DNA of 57,452 nucleotides, counting the filler, from Sphacelaria rigidula (Eukaryota): NCBI GenBank assembly GCA_964200075.2. It is 8 parts of 8 records of this genome, joined end to end, with 100 filler letters (N's around TTAATTAATTAA, not from the genome) between each part and the next. Parts side by side here need not be neighbours in the genome. Positions count along the whole stretch, not along the records: positions 1 to 7,095 come from CAXNAA020016511.1; positions 7,196 to 14,290 come from CAXNAA020016512.1; 6 more parts are not named here. The stretch is one strand, 5' to 3'. The notes beneath the pieces are model-generated. The model was given only the letters and a program-made list of their open reading frames with translations. It was not told the DNA's origin and made no database searches. Positions 1 to 11,633 of the stretch are shown here, piece after piece. A program made the position numbers and the translations under genes. Numbering within the stretch: the first letter of the stretch is position 1; each line of letters starts with the position of its first letter.

Positions 1-179
1 GAGAGGGGCTCAGCTGTCCTTTTCCCTCGTCGACCATCAAGTCGAATTATGTGTACCCACGACATAGTCTCTCTCCACTGTTGGGCATGGTGTGAGAGAA
101 AATACCAGATCGCTCCGCGATTTGAACCCACGACCCAACCGTCAGAAGATTTCGAGGTTACCAACTGAGCCACGGGGGT
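1..179 (-). mobile_element. tRNA-derived SINE, copy 1 (head only; cut by contig start)
   Basis: Reverse complement has Pol III A-box TGGCTCAGTTGG and B-box GGTTCAAATC, followed by the same body as copies at 7979 and 44379. Confidence 0.85.
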
Positions 180-1030
180 GATTTTCATGAAGGAGAAAAA
201 CCCTTGCCAAAATACACCACCGAATTCGATCTTTCACCTCCCGACACTCAACGTCTCTCCTCAAATGTTTTGTGGTCGGTGTCTGTTATTATGGCACCAA
301 GTGCGCCGCCGATGCAATGATTCGTGAGAGATGGAAATCATGAGCTCATCTCTACTCGGCTTGGATTGTACTACGCAGTGCTGGGAGTTCAGATGCTGAT
401 ACGAAGCACGCACACTAATAATAGTCCAGTGCGTTAGGCTGTATCCATCTATTACAACGCTCTGAAGCTTCCTCAGCAGGAAGTACATCTCGTCTCTGGC
501 ATCATTCCCCTTTTGTTACCCACTGAATCGTTTTCGATGTGGATTGAAAACGAAGTGAGCGGGGTGGGAAACACACGAGCGAGCTTTTTCTAGCTTTCTA
601 GCTTTCTAGCGTTGTAGCCCAAAACATGGACACGGTCAAAACAGACGCCTCCACAAGTTGACCGGGTAGCCATAAGCTTCTCATCACTGCTCTTCCGTTG
701 CCAAGTATTACGAGGGAAAATCTACACCATTGGCATGAGCATCTCATGTGTCCATATATTACGCACTTGGACATGATAATCAGGGCAAAAAAAGTGAATG
801 GGCTGTTCGAGGAAATCATGACAACCACAGATACCCATTCCCCTTTCTTTTTTTCGTCCTCAGATGATCCGCCCAAATATACTTGCTTTTACAATCCAAT
901 CTCTTGACGGATTGGTCGCGCGCGCAGGCAAGACCCTCCCTGTTCACACCCTCCATCCTGCTGCTGACCATCCACACGCACCCTATAGCCGTGGCCTTGT
1001 CCTCCTGCTTTGAAGGCGTACACTCTAAAC

Positions 1031-1034
<4 letters not shown>

Positions 1035-1061
<27 letters not shown>
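1035..1061. repeat. (TA)n microsatellite
   Basis: Direct reading. Confidence 0.95.
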
Positions 1062-1065
<4 letters not shown>

Positions 1066-2589
1066 CCGGCTCATTGATCTGACCGCGGGACGTGCCCTGA
1101 AATGGCTGCTGCAGTATGATGCATTGGGGTTGGGAGCACCCAACGCAACAACCGGCGCTCGAATCGCGCACGTAAACGTCGAGGATCGCCCGGATAAAGC
1201 CGATCCCTCGATGGAGTATGTCCTGAGCAACGCATCGTCCCCAATAAATTCAAGTGAAAAATAATCACAGCCAGAAGAGGCTCGGGTGGAAACGTTGGGG
1301 GGAAGATCTGAATCGGTCGCGGAGTAACTTTCGTTCGGTGCGTGCGCATGTGCAAATATGATACACTCAGATATTTTCTCTTGAGGAAAGCTCCGCCACT
1401 TGTGTACACAGCCGCACAAAAAATCCAAGGTAAAAAACATGGCGTGTACTGGAACATACAACATCATGGTGACCGAATTGTGCTCTCCTCTTCGTCTGTG
1501 GTGTTGATTGTATTGGTACCGTCATGTTCGCCGTACCGCGTCTACAGCCTCCGCCCGCTGCGACTTGAGCTTATACGTTGGGAATACACGAACAAGTGCC
1601 ACTCAACCCCCACTCTATCCAGGGTCGGGCATATGCTCTATCGGCATACTTTTCACTTGAAAAATGAATGCAAAACCCGGATGACCCAATCGGGGGTCGG
1701 AGAGTTCAACTTCAGAGCCGCTTATCTTGAGAAGAGGCGACCGTCTCCAGAGATTTTGACTTGAAAAATGAACACAAGTCACCATCTTGGCGATCAAGCG
1801 TCACTTTCAGAGCGGGCGGAAAGAGTGACGCTTTCCGAAGGAGTAATTCAATACTCGACGACACCCACAGAAGAAGGGAGGAATGCGGCGGGGGGCACAG
1901 AGAAGATAACATTGTACTGTACTGATTGTACTGTGCTATACCGTGCACCTCGGCTTTGTCTATTTACACAGGCGGCAGCCACCTCATGATGAGTCACTTG
2001 TGTTCGTATGGGCGGACTATTTACTTTAAAAATGAATGCCCACCGCAGCCCAAGGACTTTTTTTTGCAACTGAAGGTAGGAAGGGATGACGATGTCGGAG
2101 GGTTTCATGTAATCTGATCCTTGGTGATACCCATAAGACAAACGGAACGAACGCAACGGGTGGAAGAGAGAAGACAACACCGTACTGTTATGTAAAGCAT
2201 TGCACTGCTGTACTTTACTGTGCGTTTTCGATCGACTTCGTCTCGACATTTACAGACGGTCACCCCCAGGGTGGGTCATCTGTGTTGCATGGTCACAGTT
2301 TTGACGCGAAAATGAATGATGGAACAGACCGTACGGGTGGCGCAATGCAGCAGGGAGATGTGCGTGTTATGGGTGCAGATGGCCTTCTGCGCTTCTTTTC
2401 TCAACCGACCGGACGGCCTATTCGCTTATTCGCCGATCGACTGGGCGGATCATTCCTATCTCATTGGCTTGTGCGATTTTCCAACGGGAAGATCCTACAC
2501 ACTTTTTGAAAAGAAATCATATATATTTTGGCCTCGATTAGCATGTTTAACATTGACCCAAGTTTCATGCAAACAGCCCCAGACCGTAT

Positions 2590-2948
2590 CATCCTGTATG
2601 TTGTAGACGCCGGCGTATACCTTTCGATGCATGTGGGCACTTCACGATGCATGTGGGCGCATGAGCCAGGGTCACATAAAAGAAAGATCACATACAGGAG
2701 TTTTCGTTCTCGTGTTTTTTCCGTACTCCAGGCTCCCTCTGCGCTGCTTGCCTCTCTTCCCATCGCTAGAACGGTTCGGCGGCCCCTTTCCCTCGACGAT
2801 TCGTGGCGAGATCAATTTTGGAGCACTCGTGATGTAGTCATTCTCCCTATTGTGCACAATGCGAGGAAGAATCCCGAAATCGTGTGACTTCACCGAGATT
2901 CGAACCCACGACCCAACCGTCGAATGGTTTCGAGGTTACCAACTGGGC
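2590..2948 (-). mobile_element. tRNA-derived SINE, copy 2 (diverged)
   Basis: GATTCGAACCCACGACCCAACCGTC...GAGGTTACCAACTG head plus body motifs CCCTCGACGA and GACGCCGGCGTATACCTTTCG. Contains an internal duplication of CGATGCATGTGGGC. Confidence 0.8.
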
Positions 2949-4282
2949 TCAGCTGAGCTGACAGGCAGTGCAATTGTTGGTTGACATGATTTCTCTGATT
3001 ACCGGATGTTGGACTGATACCCAAACTTTTGTCAGTGAGTTAGTTGTACCATAATGACGCGAACCGTCGAGTATTTCAATTTTTTCCTGATGCTTCTCGC
3101 CACTCCCCGGCAGTCAGATTCTTTTCGTGGCGTGAAGCCACCGTGACTGCATCGGTGATTTCAGGATGAGCGTTGTCCGCCATGCGCATGGAGGAGCCAA
3201 CCGCCCCGCAGCGTCGTCCCTGGGAATTCCCCTCACTGATCTTTTACGAGGGTCGAAACGCATAGCGGCTCACCTCAAGTAGCTGCTTTTGGTCACTCAA
3301 GTTGTCTTCAAAATGCGTTCTACGTGCGTGTTTGGGGTACATTTTGCAGAGTACCCTTCTCCGCGGCATGTGATGACTTACACTCGACATTCGTGCCGCA
3401 TCACTTCCCCTTGGTTCATCGCAGGATAGTGAGCAGCTGAGCGTAGCAGCTGCTAAATTGTGCGCATTCCTTTCCGTCACATAACACGACTATACCGCCT
3501 GAACGCACCACGATCAGGATCGCCACCTGGTCCACATCCATTATTGGTGCGTAAATGTGTGGGAGAGCCAGGTTTCGCTCGAAATCGCACGTAGCAGTGA
3601 CCAGCTTCACCAAATCTACCTCACGCTACCTGTTGAATCCCGCAGAGCTTTGCGCAGGCTGGCGATATTGCCTGGTTGCGTACGTACCTAGTCTTGGGGC
3701 AGTACCATACATGATTTTTCTCGAGATCAGGTACCATCGTCACATTCCGCAAATTTTCCGTGAAGGATTCGAGAGGCGGCGAGAGGGTAGTTTGGTGAGT
3801 GGCGATCGCCACGCAACCCTTAGCATGTATGGTTTCGAGATGTCGCGAGAATTGTACGTGTCTATTGAGAAAGTGCTGACAGGACCTGTTGGGGTTCACG
3901 ATTGTGTGCCAAGCAATACAGGTCTCACGCTTGTCTCCGGCACAGTGTAGAATGTGTTGAAGGCGTTTCATTCCTAACCCTGCCCGGCCATACCTGTATC
4001 GGACGCCCTATTCTGTGCTTAGTATGATGAGCGAAAATGTGAATACATTCGGCAACCTAGTAGACGTTGCTTGCGCGTGGGTGGGCATGTTGTTGTCCCC
4101 TTCCGGCAGTGGTGCGTCGGAAATACGTAGCACGGGATACAAAACCAGTGAACGAGGAAACGCAGATGTTCCACGATCACAGCAGGATTGTTTCACCCAA
4201 TGATACCGATAGGTTCCGCGGGGGTGCCCCACAGACTGCAGTGATGGCATTAACATTTCCTGCACATTATCCGTACCCCCGC

Positions 4283-4340
4283 CGGATGCGTGGTCAATGG
4301 TCACACGACTAAGGCAAGCAACAAATGAGTACGCCCCCCC
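4283..4340 (+). mobile_element. Very short 3'-end retrocopy of the oligo(C)-tailed LINE (tail type A)
   Basis: GGATGCGTGGTCAATGGTCACACGACTAAGGCAAGCAACAAATGAGTACG(C)7, matching the 3' end of the LINE at 36063-37455. Flanked by CCCCCGCCGG (4276-4285) and CCCCCGCTGG (4336-4345). Confidence 0.8.
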
Positions 4341-4433
4341 GCTGGGCCCGATCGCCGAACCTCTCATGCAACCGTGCTCGCACTGTGATTACTGCTTTCG
4401 TCGCCGTGGGGATACATACTCACGTTCTTGCAG

Positions 4434-5750
4434 GCACAGAGGACTGGTGCTAATGGCAGACAAGATACAGAAACGCTGCTGCAGGTTTTGTCGTACCAAA
4501 AACTTCTGCAGAAGAGATTGATCACCGTCGAGAAACAACTGGGCTTGGAAAGTCCGACCGTTCCGGAAGAAATAAGCCCGCCACATCGTATAGGTACGTT
4601 ATTGCTGCGAGACAGGTGGTAGCTAGAGTGTTGTGATCTTTTGTTTGTGTGACATTCGGCGCTCTCGCGAAGGTACAACTGTCTGTGTGTTGTGGTCAGT
4701 TCGTCTGTGGACGTTGGGGATGAACGTATGATCGCGCAAAAAAACCCGAGAGAAAGCCGAAATGAATTAACCTGTCTCAACGTAGGTGCAGACCGCAGTT
4801 TTTTTGTCTCTACTTTACCCCAACTTTTCCCGGCATGACCCCAGAACAAGCGGAAGGGGCCTTGCGCAGCGACGACGACCTACCATCACCGCAGGGGATA
4901 CTAAGATCAGATGAGGACGATAGCTCGACACTAGAGAAGGCGGGGAAGGCTGTGAGCAAGGCGTTGGAAGTGGCAAGCGAAGTGCGAACGTGGGTGGTCA
5001 ACGTGGGAGTGCCAGAAGGAATAAGGCTGTACTGCATGGCCAGGGAGTGGCTCACGAAGGACGACGAAGATGTATACGATAAGCGAGATATTATTGTTGC
5101 TGAGAACATTTGGGGAGATTTAGTAGAGATGGTTGATGCAAAGAACGATGAGCCACGAGAGACTGGACTGCCAGTGACTAACGTTGCAGGCACAGGCCAA
5201 GAGAAGAGGGTTGGGGGAAGGAGTGGAGGTAACAGCGGGCAAGGAATTGTTGCCGTCACGGACGTGGCAGACGAGGAGGGGGCCGCGCTACGAAGTGGAC
5301 AAGGAGTAGGCCGTGTGGAGAGCGGAAAAGACGTCCATCGATGATGACCTTCCGCGAGCCCAAGTTTTGGGTGCAGCTGGATTATTATATCGAGTTACGG
5401 AGTGTTCCTCAGTCCGGGGGTATTTGTCCGTTCGTTTCGCCAATCGAGCTTCGGCATTTTGAAAAATATTTTGTTGTAGGCTTGCTTCGGTGGACATCGG
5501 TACCGGGCAAGACATGAAGGACGCGGCCGAAAAATGAGTTGGAGGAGTTGCTCTTTTGGAAAAGTGATCCAACACCCCAAAGTCAACAGTGTTTGCATGA
5601 AGCAACAGAAACACCGACGGTTTGACGATGGAAACGCGCCAATCCGCCCCAGAGGACGTCGAGTTAGTCGAAACATGGCACAGCTCCGCATGAAACCGTG
5701 GCAAAAAACTGCTCGCACTCTGGCAAGGCGGGGTGGCAGACACGGCTACA
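4434..5750 (+). pseudogene. Decayed, possibly spliced coding-like segment of unknown identity
   Basis: Protein-like acidic ORF 4835-5344 and ORF 4428-4622 after a TTGCAG acceptor. Frameshift near 5330 and stops downstream. No family recognised. Confidence 0.3.
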
Positions 5751-6299
5751 GGCTGGTCTCACTACTTGACAATAAAAAAGTATCCCTGGCGAGTGTTCAC
5801 TCGAGTTTTGAGAGTTATGATCTGAACTTTTGAGAGGAGGAGCGCATCGACTATCCGAAGGGCATGAATGACGGGCATGGAGGGCGGTGCTTTTTTTTGT
5901 TTGTTTTTGGTCAAGTTTTGGAGAATTTCCATCATAAAACTCCGCTTCCATCTCTATACAAAAAAGCATGAAACAAAACATCACCAGTGCTCACCTTTGG
6001 ATGGTCAAAACGCTTTCCTCCTCGAAATTTCAGTTTACAACTCTCAAACCTGAAGTAAACAATCACAGATATGTAGATCCCCAACGACGAGTAAATTCCA
6101 TGCATCCTTGCAGGTAGTTTCCCCAAGTGAATTTCTCGGCCATAAGGTTCGAACGGCGACGAGTTAGCAGCCGAAAGAGGTATAGCTGTTCTCGCCTTGG
6201 TGTCAGCTATTCGCTCACCAATACCCAGCATAAGCGCACCAACATTTGGGTATCTTGATTTTGGTACCAAACGGCCACTTATGGGTTCCGCCGCCACCG

Positions 6300-6900
6300 G
6301 ACCGTATTTGGTGTTCCAGGATAGTGTGACATGATGAAAGTGCCTCGATGACCGATCAAAACGCTTGACGCGCTGTAGGTTGGCTACATGATTGTAGGGT
6401 ACCCATTTGTATTACGTTTCGCTGCTGCTCGTCCCATGTGCACCGGAAACACCATTTTGAGTCAAGTAATGGGACTAGCCTGTATAAATGACCAAGCACG
6501 GATATTATTCTCTGAAAGAGTGATTCCACAGTAAACACGTGAATTTACAACTTGGGGATGGATTTTCAATTGGGGATGAGAACCCGGGGAACTAAATCTT
6601 CGTACCCACACCAAATCTCCGAAATATGTTTCCATTTCTTCACTTACTGGTAGCCATTGACAACTGCCACATGCCATACAAATTTGAATTTCGATAACCG
6701 AAATGCTGGAGACCTAGGTGAAAGACCCATATTGCCGTCCAATCGGATCACCGAAATTCCCCGAAATTGGTTTTTCACCCAGGAATGTGCATAGAGGCAT
6801 GATCCGCGAAAAAAACCTCTTGATGAAGTGGGCAACTCAAAGAATTTGGTGAAACCATTGTGAAATAATTCACGTCCAACTGGTCTTACTTCGGAGTGAT
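6300..6900 (-). pseudogene. Possible piggyBac-like transposase relic (C-terminal part)
   Basis: KFVWHVAVVNGY resembles the piggyBac 'DIAVVNAY' motif, followed in a broken frame by GHL...WCFRC...SC (Cys-rich-like). Weak and interrupted. Confidence 0.25.
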
Positions 6901-7095
6901 GCTACGGTAGGGGTACACAAATAATTTCTGAGGTTAGAAGTTTTAGGAGCCCTATATCTCATCCAAAACACGACGTATGAAAATATGCGAGAGTACGCCA
7001 GGAAACAGCCTGGATTCGCTTTTGAGGTTCAACGGACCATCGGCATTTCATTCACTTTGTTCAAAAGGCTCGGGATTCGCAACCGGTTTCGACCA

Positions 7096-7195
7096 NNNNN
7101 NNNNNNNNNNNNNNNNNNNNNNNNNNNNNNNNNNNNNNNTTAATTAATTAANNNNNNNNNNNNNNNNNNNNNNNNNNNNNNNNNNNNNNNNNNNN
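7096..7195. other. Artificial contig spacer N44-TTAATTAATTAA-N44
   Basis: Identical 100-nt linker with stop codons in all six frames, present 7 times. Confidence 0.98.
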
Positions 7196-7290
7196 TGTAG
7201 GAATGCGAGGTCAATAGTCATATGACTATGGCATGGACGATCATGAGTACACCCCCCCACCCCCCCACCCCCCCTCCCCCCCTCCTCCCT
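7196..7290 (+). mobile_element. Oligo(C)-tailed retroelement 3' end (tail type B)
   Basis: TGTAGGAATGCGAGGTCAATAGTCATATGACTATGGCATGGACGATCATGAGTACA followed by a long C-rich tail; at contig start. Confidence 0.8.
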
Positions 7291-7978
7291 ATATCGCCCA
7301 TGGTACATTTCAGGTTCGAAACACTTGTTTCTTCAGAACAAAAGACAACACGCGTGTTCGTATGAACAGGTGAATCTTGAGCACCTGGAAGTAAATCAGT
7401 GCACAAAAATCCCAATCGGTTTGACAGCCACATCCGGAGTACAGTAGTCGTGTTTCGTTTTTCCAATGGACCTACGCTGTGCACGCGGTGTACGCTGGCT
7501 CCAACTACCACTACGGTATACCCAAACCACATTTTTTAAGCCTATGCGTTTGCAGTCTTGATTGTAGAGCTATGCTTGCATACCCTGAAGCATCCTTTGA
7601 TGTTGTAGTGCATGGCACCTTATTGCAACTGTACAGTACTGTAGCTGGACTGCGTGTCTGTGCAGGCATTACAGATGGTACACATAGCTTATTATTTGTT
7701 CAATTGTGGGAACCACCACATAAAAGGGCAAAATTCTCACAAATGTCTGCCGAGAAATCACCTTTTCACACAGCGGTAAAAATAAAAAACAGCAGCACAA
7801 TCTGTGTGCCATCGCATTTCACCACAGTCAGCAGTGTATGCCGTGGTTGTCTCTGTATGCATAGTATTCTACAATACGAAAGTGCGCAGCTACTTGAACA
7901 CACAAGAAGCGATATAGCAGGGACTGCTCAAAAAGCGAGAAACCACCTCCTTTCTTGGTGTTATTTGCCGGTAGCCGG

Positions 7979-8330
7979 CCGCTCCGGTGGCTCAGTTGGT
8001 GACCTTGAAAACTTCAGACGGTCGGGTCGTGGTCTCGAATCTCGGTGCAGTCATACGATCTGGGATTTCTCACGCCATGCCCAACAGTGGAGAGTGGCTA
8101 TGTCATGGGTACACAATTCGACTGAACAGTCGACGAGGGAATGGGACAGCTAAACATCTCCCGCGACAAAAAATAAGGTGAGCACCACAGAAGGAAGGTT
8201 GGGGTACTACACCAAAAACAAAAAATCCTGTGTTGGCCTTTCTCGTGTGTGACCCCGGCTGATGCGTCCACACATTTCGAAAGGTGTAGACTGGCGTCCA
8301 GTATGGATGGGATGCAACACAAAACACACA
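7979..8330 (+). mobile_element. tRNA-derived SINE, copy 3 (full length, ~350 bp)
   Basis: A-box GTGGCTCAGTTGG, degenerate B-box GGTCTCGAATC, conserved body and CAACAC/ACACA-type tail. Confidence 0.88.
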
Positions 8331-8558
8331 TGTAATAGTTGCGAGGTCGTTACCCAAATGGCCAAACTGGCTAGGTTGATAGGTGGACGATCGGTAGGGG
8401 TACATCATGACGTGAGCAGCCGATCAAAACGACAGGTGCTCCCTCCTCCACGGGCTTGGTGCCTGACTCGGAATGTTCCTGGAAACACTTATGGTTGACA
8501 TGGAAAGCTCTCACGGACGATCGGGAACTCCACGATCCCCCCTCCCCCCCTCCGCTGG

Positions 8559-9057
8559 GCCTTTCAAAGGTTGGTGCCGGTTGACAACGACGCGGTAAAA
8601 CACGCCACCTACTGCTTAAGCTAGGCAACCAGGATGCCGTTATTTTCCCGCTTGCGTTTTTTGCGGTAACCATGATGGTGATCGAGTAAGATCATATTGT
8701 GCGGGGTGGAGAACCTGAACTCCGCTTATATGGGATGATCACACCACGCTCTTAAAATGACGACACCCATGAGAGGCAGTGTGTAACCCGTGGCCGTCTC
8801 TGGAAGTGGCGATACCAGAAAATGAAGAAGCTCATGTAGGCTGTCATCCAGTCGCAAGATAATTAGTACGACTCAGGCGAACGATCTAAGGATACAGGTC
8901 ACCCCTGATGCGACTCGCCGAACACATCACAGCGTTTTGCACTGGGTGACGGAAAGCCTGGTCGGACGAAACACCCGGCGTGCTCCGTCCTAGCCTTGCA
9001 GGGATGCGAGGTCAATGTTCTCATCACTACGGCATACAATATCAAGAGTGCACCCCG
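8559..9057 (+). mobile_element. ~500-bp non-coding retroelement with tail type B (SINE-like, or long LINE 3' UTR)
   Basis: Homologous along its length to 42448-42941 (minus). Ends GGGATGCGAGGTCAATG...GAGTGCACCCC. Flanked by direct repeat TCCGCTGG (8551-8558 and 9058-9065) after a C-run. Confidence 0.8.
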
Positions 9058-9328
9058 TCCGCTGGAAACCCTGGACGGTCAACCGGCGATGTTGTCGTGA
9101 AAAGGCCCTCGCAATTCAAGGCTTACATGTAAATCAATTAAAGATCTGGTAAAAGCCGTGGAAATAGTCGCATACAGCAAAACAAACGGTTTACTGCATG
9201 CGTGACTCACTCGAAACTGGCGACTCGTCGTTTGTTCAGGGCATTCTGCGCCCATAGTCGGAATTCATAGATCTCTCAAACAGAACGTACACTCCGCTCT
9301 TTTCCTCTTCTCAAACCAAGACCCTGAC

Positions 9329-9553
9329 CTGGGTGCAAGCATCCACAAAGCCCTGCTCGTACATCCACTCGTCGCTCAGGTACTTGGACATGTAGTTGCG
9401 CACCGAGTCGGGGAGCAGGACCACGCAGCGCTTCCCCTTGCCGAGACCGCGTCTCTTAGCCTCCGTTACGGCAGCGTGCACCGCAGAGCCCGAGGATCCC
9501 CCGCACAACAATCCCTCCTCGCGTATCAGTCGACGGGACATCATGAACGAATC
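9329..9553 (-). CDS. CBS: Cystathionine beta-synthase, exon (last visible)
   Basis: DSFMMSRRLIREEGLLCGGSSGSA...RCVVLLPDSVRNYMSKYLSDEWM, a CBS-type signature. CAG acceptor and GTCAGG donor; 225 nt, phase 0/0. Confidence 0.92.
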
Positions 9554-10209
9554 CTGGCGGGGCACGGGGAGGGGAGGGGAGGAGAATTTTCAATCATGCA
9601 CAACCCCAGATTCACAGGCAATCCAAAAACCGCATGTAGTACATACCATCGCCTTCCCGCACAAGCCATACCGCACTGTGGCCCTGCGACTTCCATCACC
9701 GTTTCCCAGGAGAAAGTCATTTCGACCCTTGATCGTTTCACCCATCTCGTACCTACCTACCCCTTATCCTGCAAGGAGGGCGATAGAGGTCATAGTCTCC
9801 ACACTCGTAACACCGCCCCTAGCTTTAGCCTCAATCCTAACCTTTACATTGCCTTTTATGGTCGTTAATAGAGCAGCCCGACCCTACTCCAAGGAGAGAT
9901 ATCGCAAAACAAATCGATGAATACCGACGAGCAGCGGGATTGCTGCTTCAGCGATCGACAGTACAAGTGAAAGGCACATCGCGCACTCCAGATTATTCTG
10001 CAACATGTGGTGTCTCGGCAGCCGAACTACATATCGTGGACCTCAGAAGTTCCGGCAGTCGATAGCGCAGGTATCATGAGGTACGGCGTTTTCAATCGAA
10101 AACCCCCAGTACAGACCGTAGAATACTCAGAACCTCCGGCGGTCGCTACGCCACGGACTATGGGGTTCAGTACCCGTGCTCCGACCATGTGTATGTTGAC
10201 AGTGCTTAC

Positions 10210-10290
10210 CTTGTCGTTGCTCTTGAGCCATACATCCGCCACAGTCCTGTCCAGCACGGTTGGGATGAAGTCATACCCAATGCCTTCCAC
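10210..10290 (-). CDS. CBS: Cystathionine beta-synthase, exon
   Basis: [30 protein letters not shown] acceptor and GTAAGC donor; 81 nt. Confidence 0.93.
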
Positions 10291-11531
10291 CTAGACTTCC
10301 CCACCGACAGGGGAAAAAAGGACGGCGGTGAGGGACACACACAAACCTTTCCGGCGTTCAACGTGATTTGCGCTTTTCTCAGATGGCAACACGCACCACC
10401 AGGCTTGAATGAAGCTCTCAAAGAGCAGCCCAAAAGCCACTTCCCCTTCCAAGTAGACATGGCACGTTAACCGCAGAGCGGTAAATTCGAGTCCATGGAC
10501 GTCAATCCATGACTTCAAAAAGGTTTGTGTATACGGTTGCTCCTTACGGTCAGATTTCAATCTCCTCGTAGCCGACGAGTCCACTTCAGCCAGTCATCCA
10601 GAGATCAGACCTGGACTCCTGAGCATGCAATCACAATCTCGTACTCAAAACTTGTTCAAAATTTCATGCTTGAGCTATCATGTATGTTGCGGGTCCTTCG
10701 TCAACGTGGAAAGCCCTCACTGCAATGTTACCTCTCCTTGGCAACGCGGCCATTTTTTCTCTTCGTTCAGGGGAAGTGGATGACTCGGCGCATCTGCATT
10801 CTAGTGGATAGCAACCAACAAACCACGCGCACTACCCTGCGCCCCCTCCCAACAATTTCTTCTTCGAGGCGCGATACCATTATGATCAGTATAGAGAGTA
10901 GCGGCCCGCCTTAACGGGGCATCCTACTTCGCCCCCCTGAGTGTACTGCAATCGTCATCAGAACAGTTGGGCCCGTCGGCGTGAAGGTTCGTATCCAATC
11001 TATATTTCCAGCTTTTTGTCAGGCTATGCCCCGCAACAGGCCCGATTTATGCACACGGTGCTCTTTCATCACATCATATACAGATGTACTGTAGTCGAAG
11101 GGACTACACTCGCACGTGCGTGTGCATATGCGGAACGGATCACGGTATCGAACACAGGGATGATCGAGAGAGCATACCCACGTATCAAAAACGATCAGAA
11201 GCATGCATTATACTTCTACAATGAGAAGAACATGAAACGTATGACATGCATGCGCTCACGACCACAGTATCACACAACAACGCCACTGATTACGCCACTC
11301 TGTTGCCCCCCCGTGCGAAATAATGACGAAGCAAGAGTTGACGGCAGTAAACATGTAGGAATTTTACACGACTAATCAACCTTCTTGAGTGCGGACGTTC
11401 CGGGATCTCTGCTGCAAGAGCAATATTACATTCAGAATCAAGCCCACGAACGTTTGCACTAGCTTATTCAGTAGTGACGAGACATGCAATGATGACTACT
11501 CTACGATCAAGAGGGGATACATAGACATCAC

Positions 11532-11633
11532 CTTATAGCTCGATAACCGACCGTCTTCGTTGAGGCTATCCGGTAATGCCAGGATAGAGCCGACAGGATC
11601 AACACCCACAACGATCACGCTGGGACATTTCTC
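11532..11633 (-). CDS. CBS: Cystathionine beta-synthase, exon
   Basis: EKCPSVIVVGVDPVGSILALPDSLNEDGRLSSYK. CAG acceptor and GTGATG donor; 102 nt. Confidence 0.92.

Noticed and set aside
3200-3970. Possible old LINE RT fragment (QLLEVSRYAFRPS resembles Q.GFRP)
   Set aside because: Only one weak motif; no other RT motif recovered.
7140-7151. Regularly spaced palindrome TTAATTAATTAA (every ~7.19 kb) as a biological periodic signal
   Set aside because: Always centred in identical N blocks; it is an assembly linker.
7979-8050. tRNA genes at the SINE heads (also 110-179, 2890-2948, 44650-44726)
   Set aside because: No intact anticodon arm or cloverleaf, and each is fused to the same ~280-bp body, so they are SINE heads.
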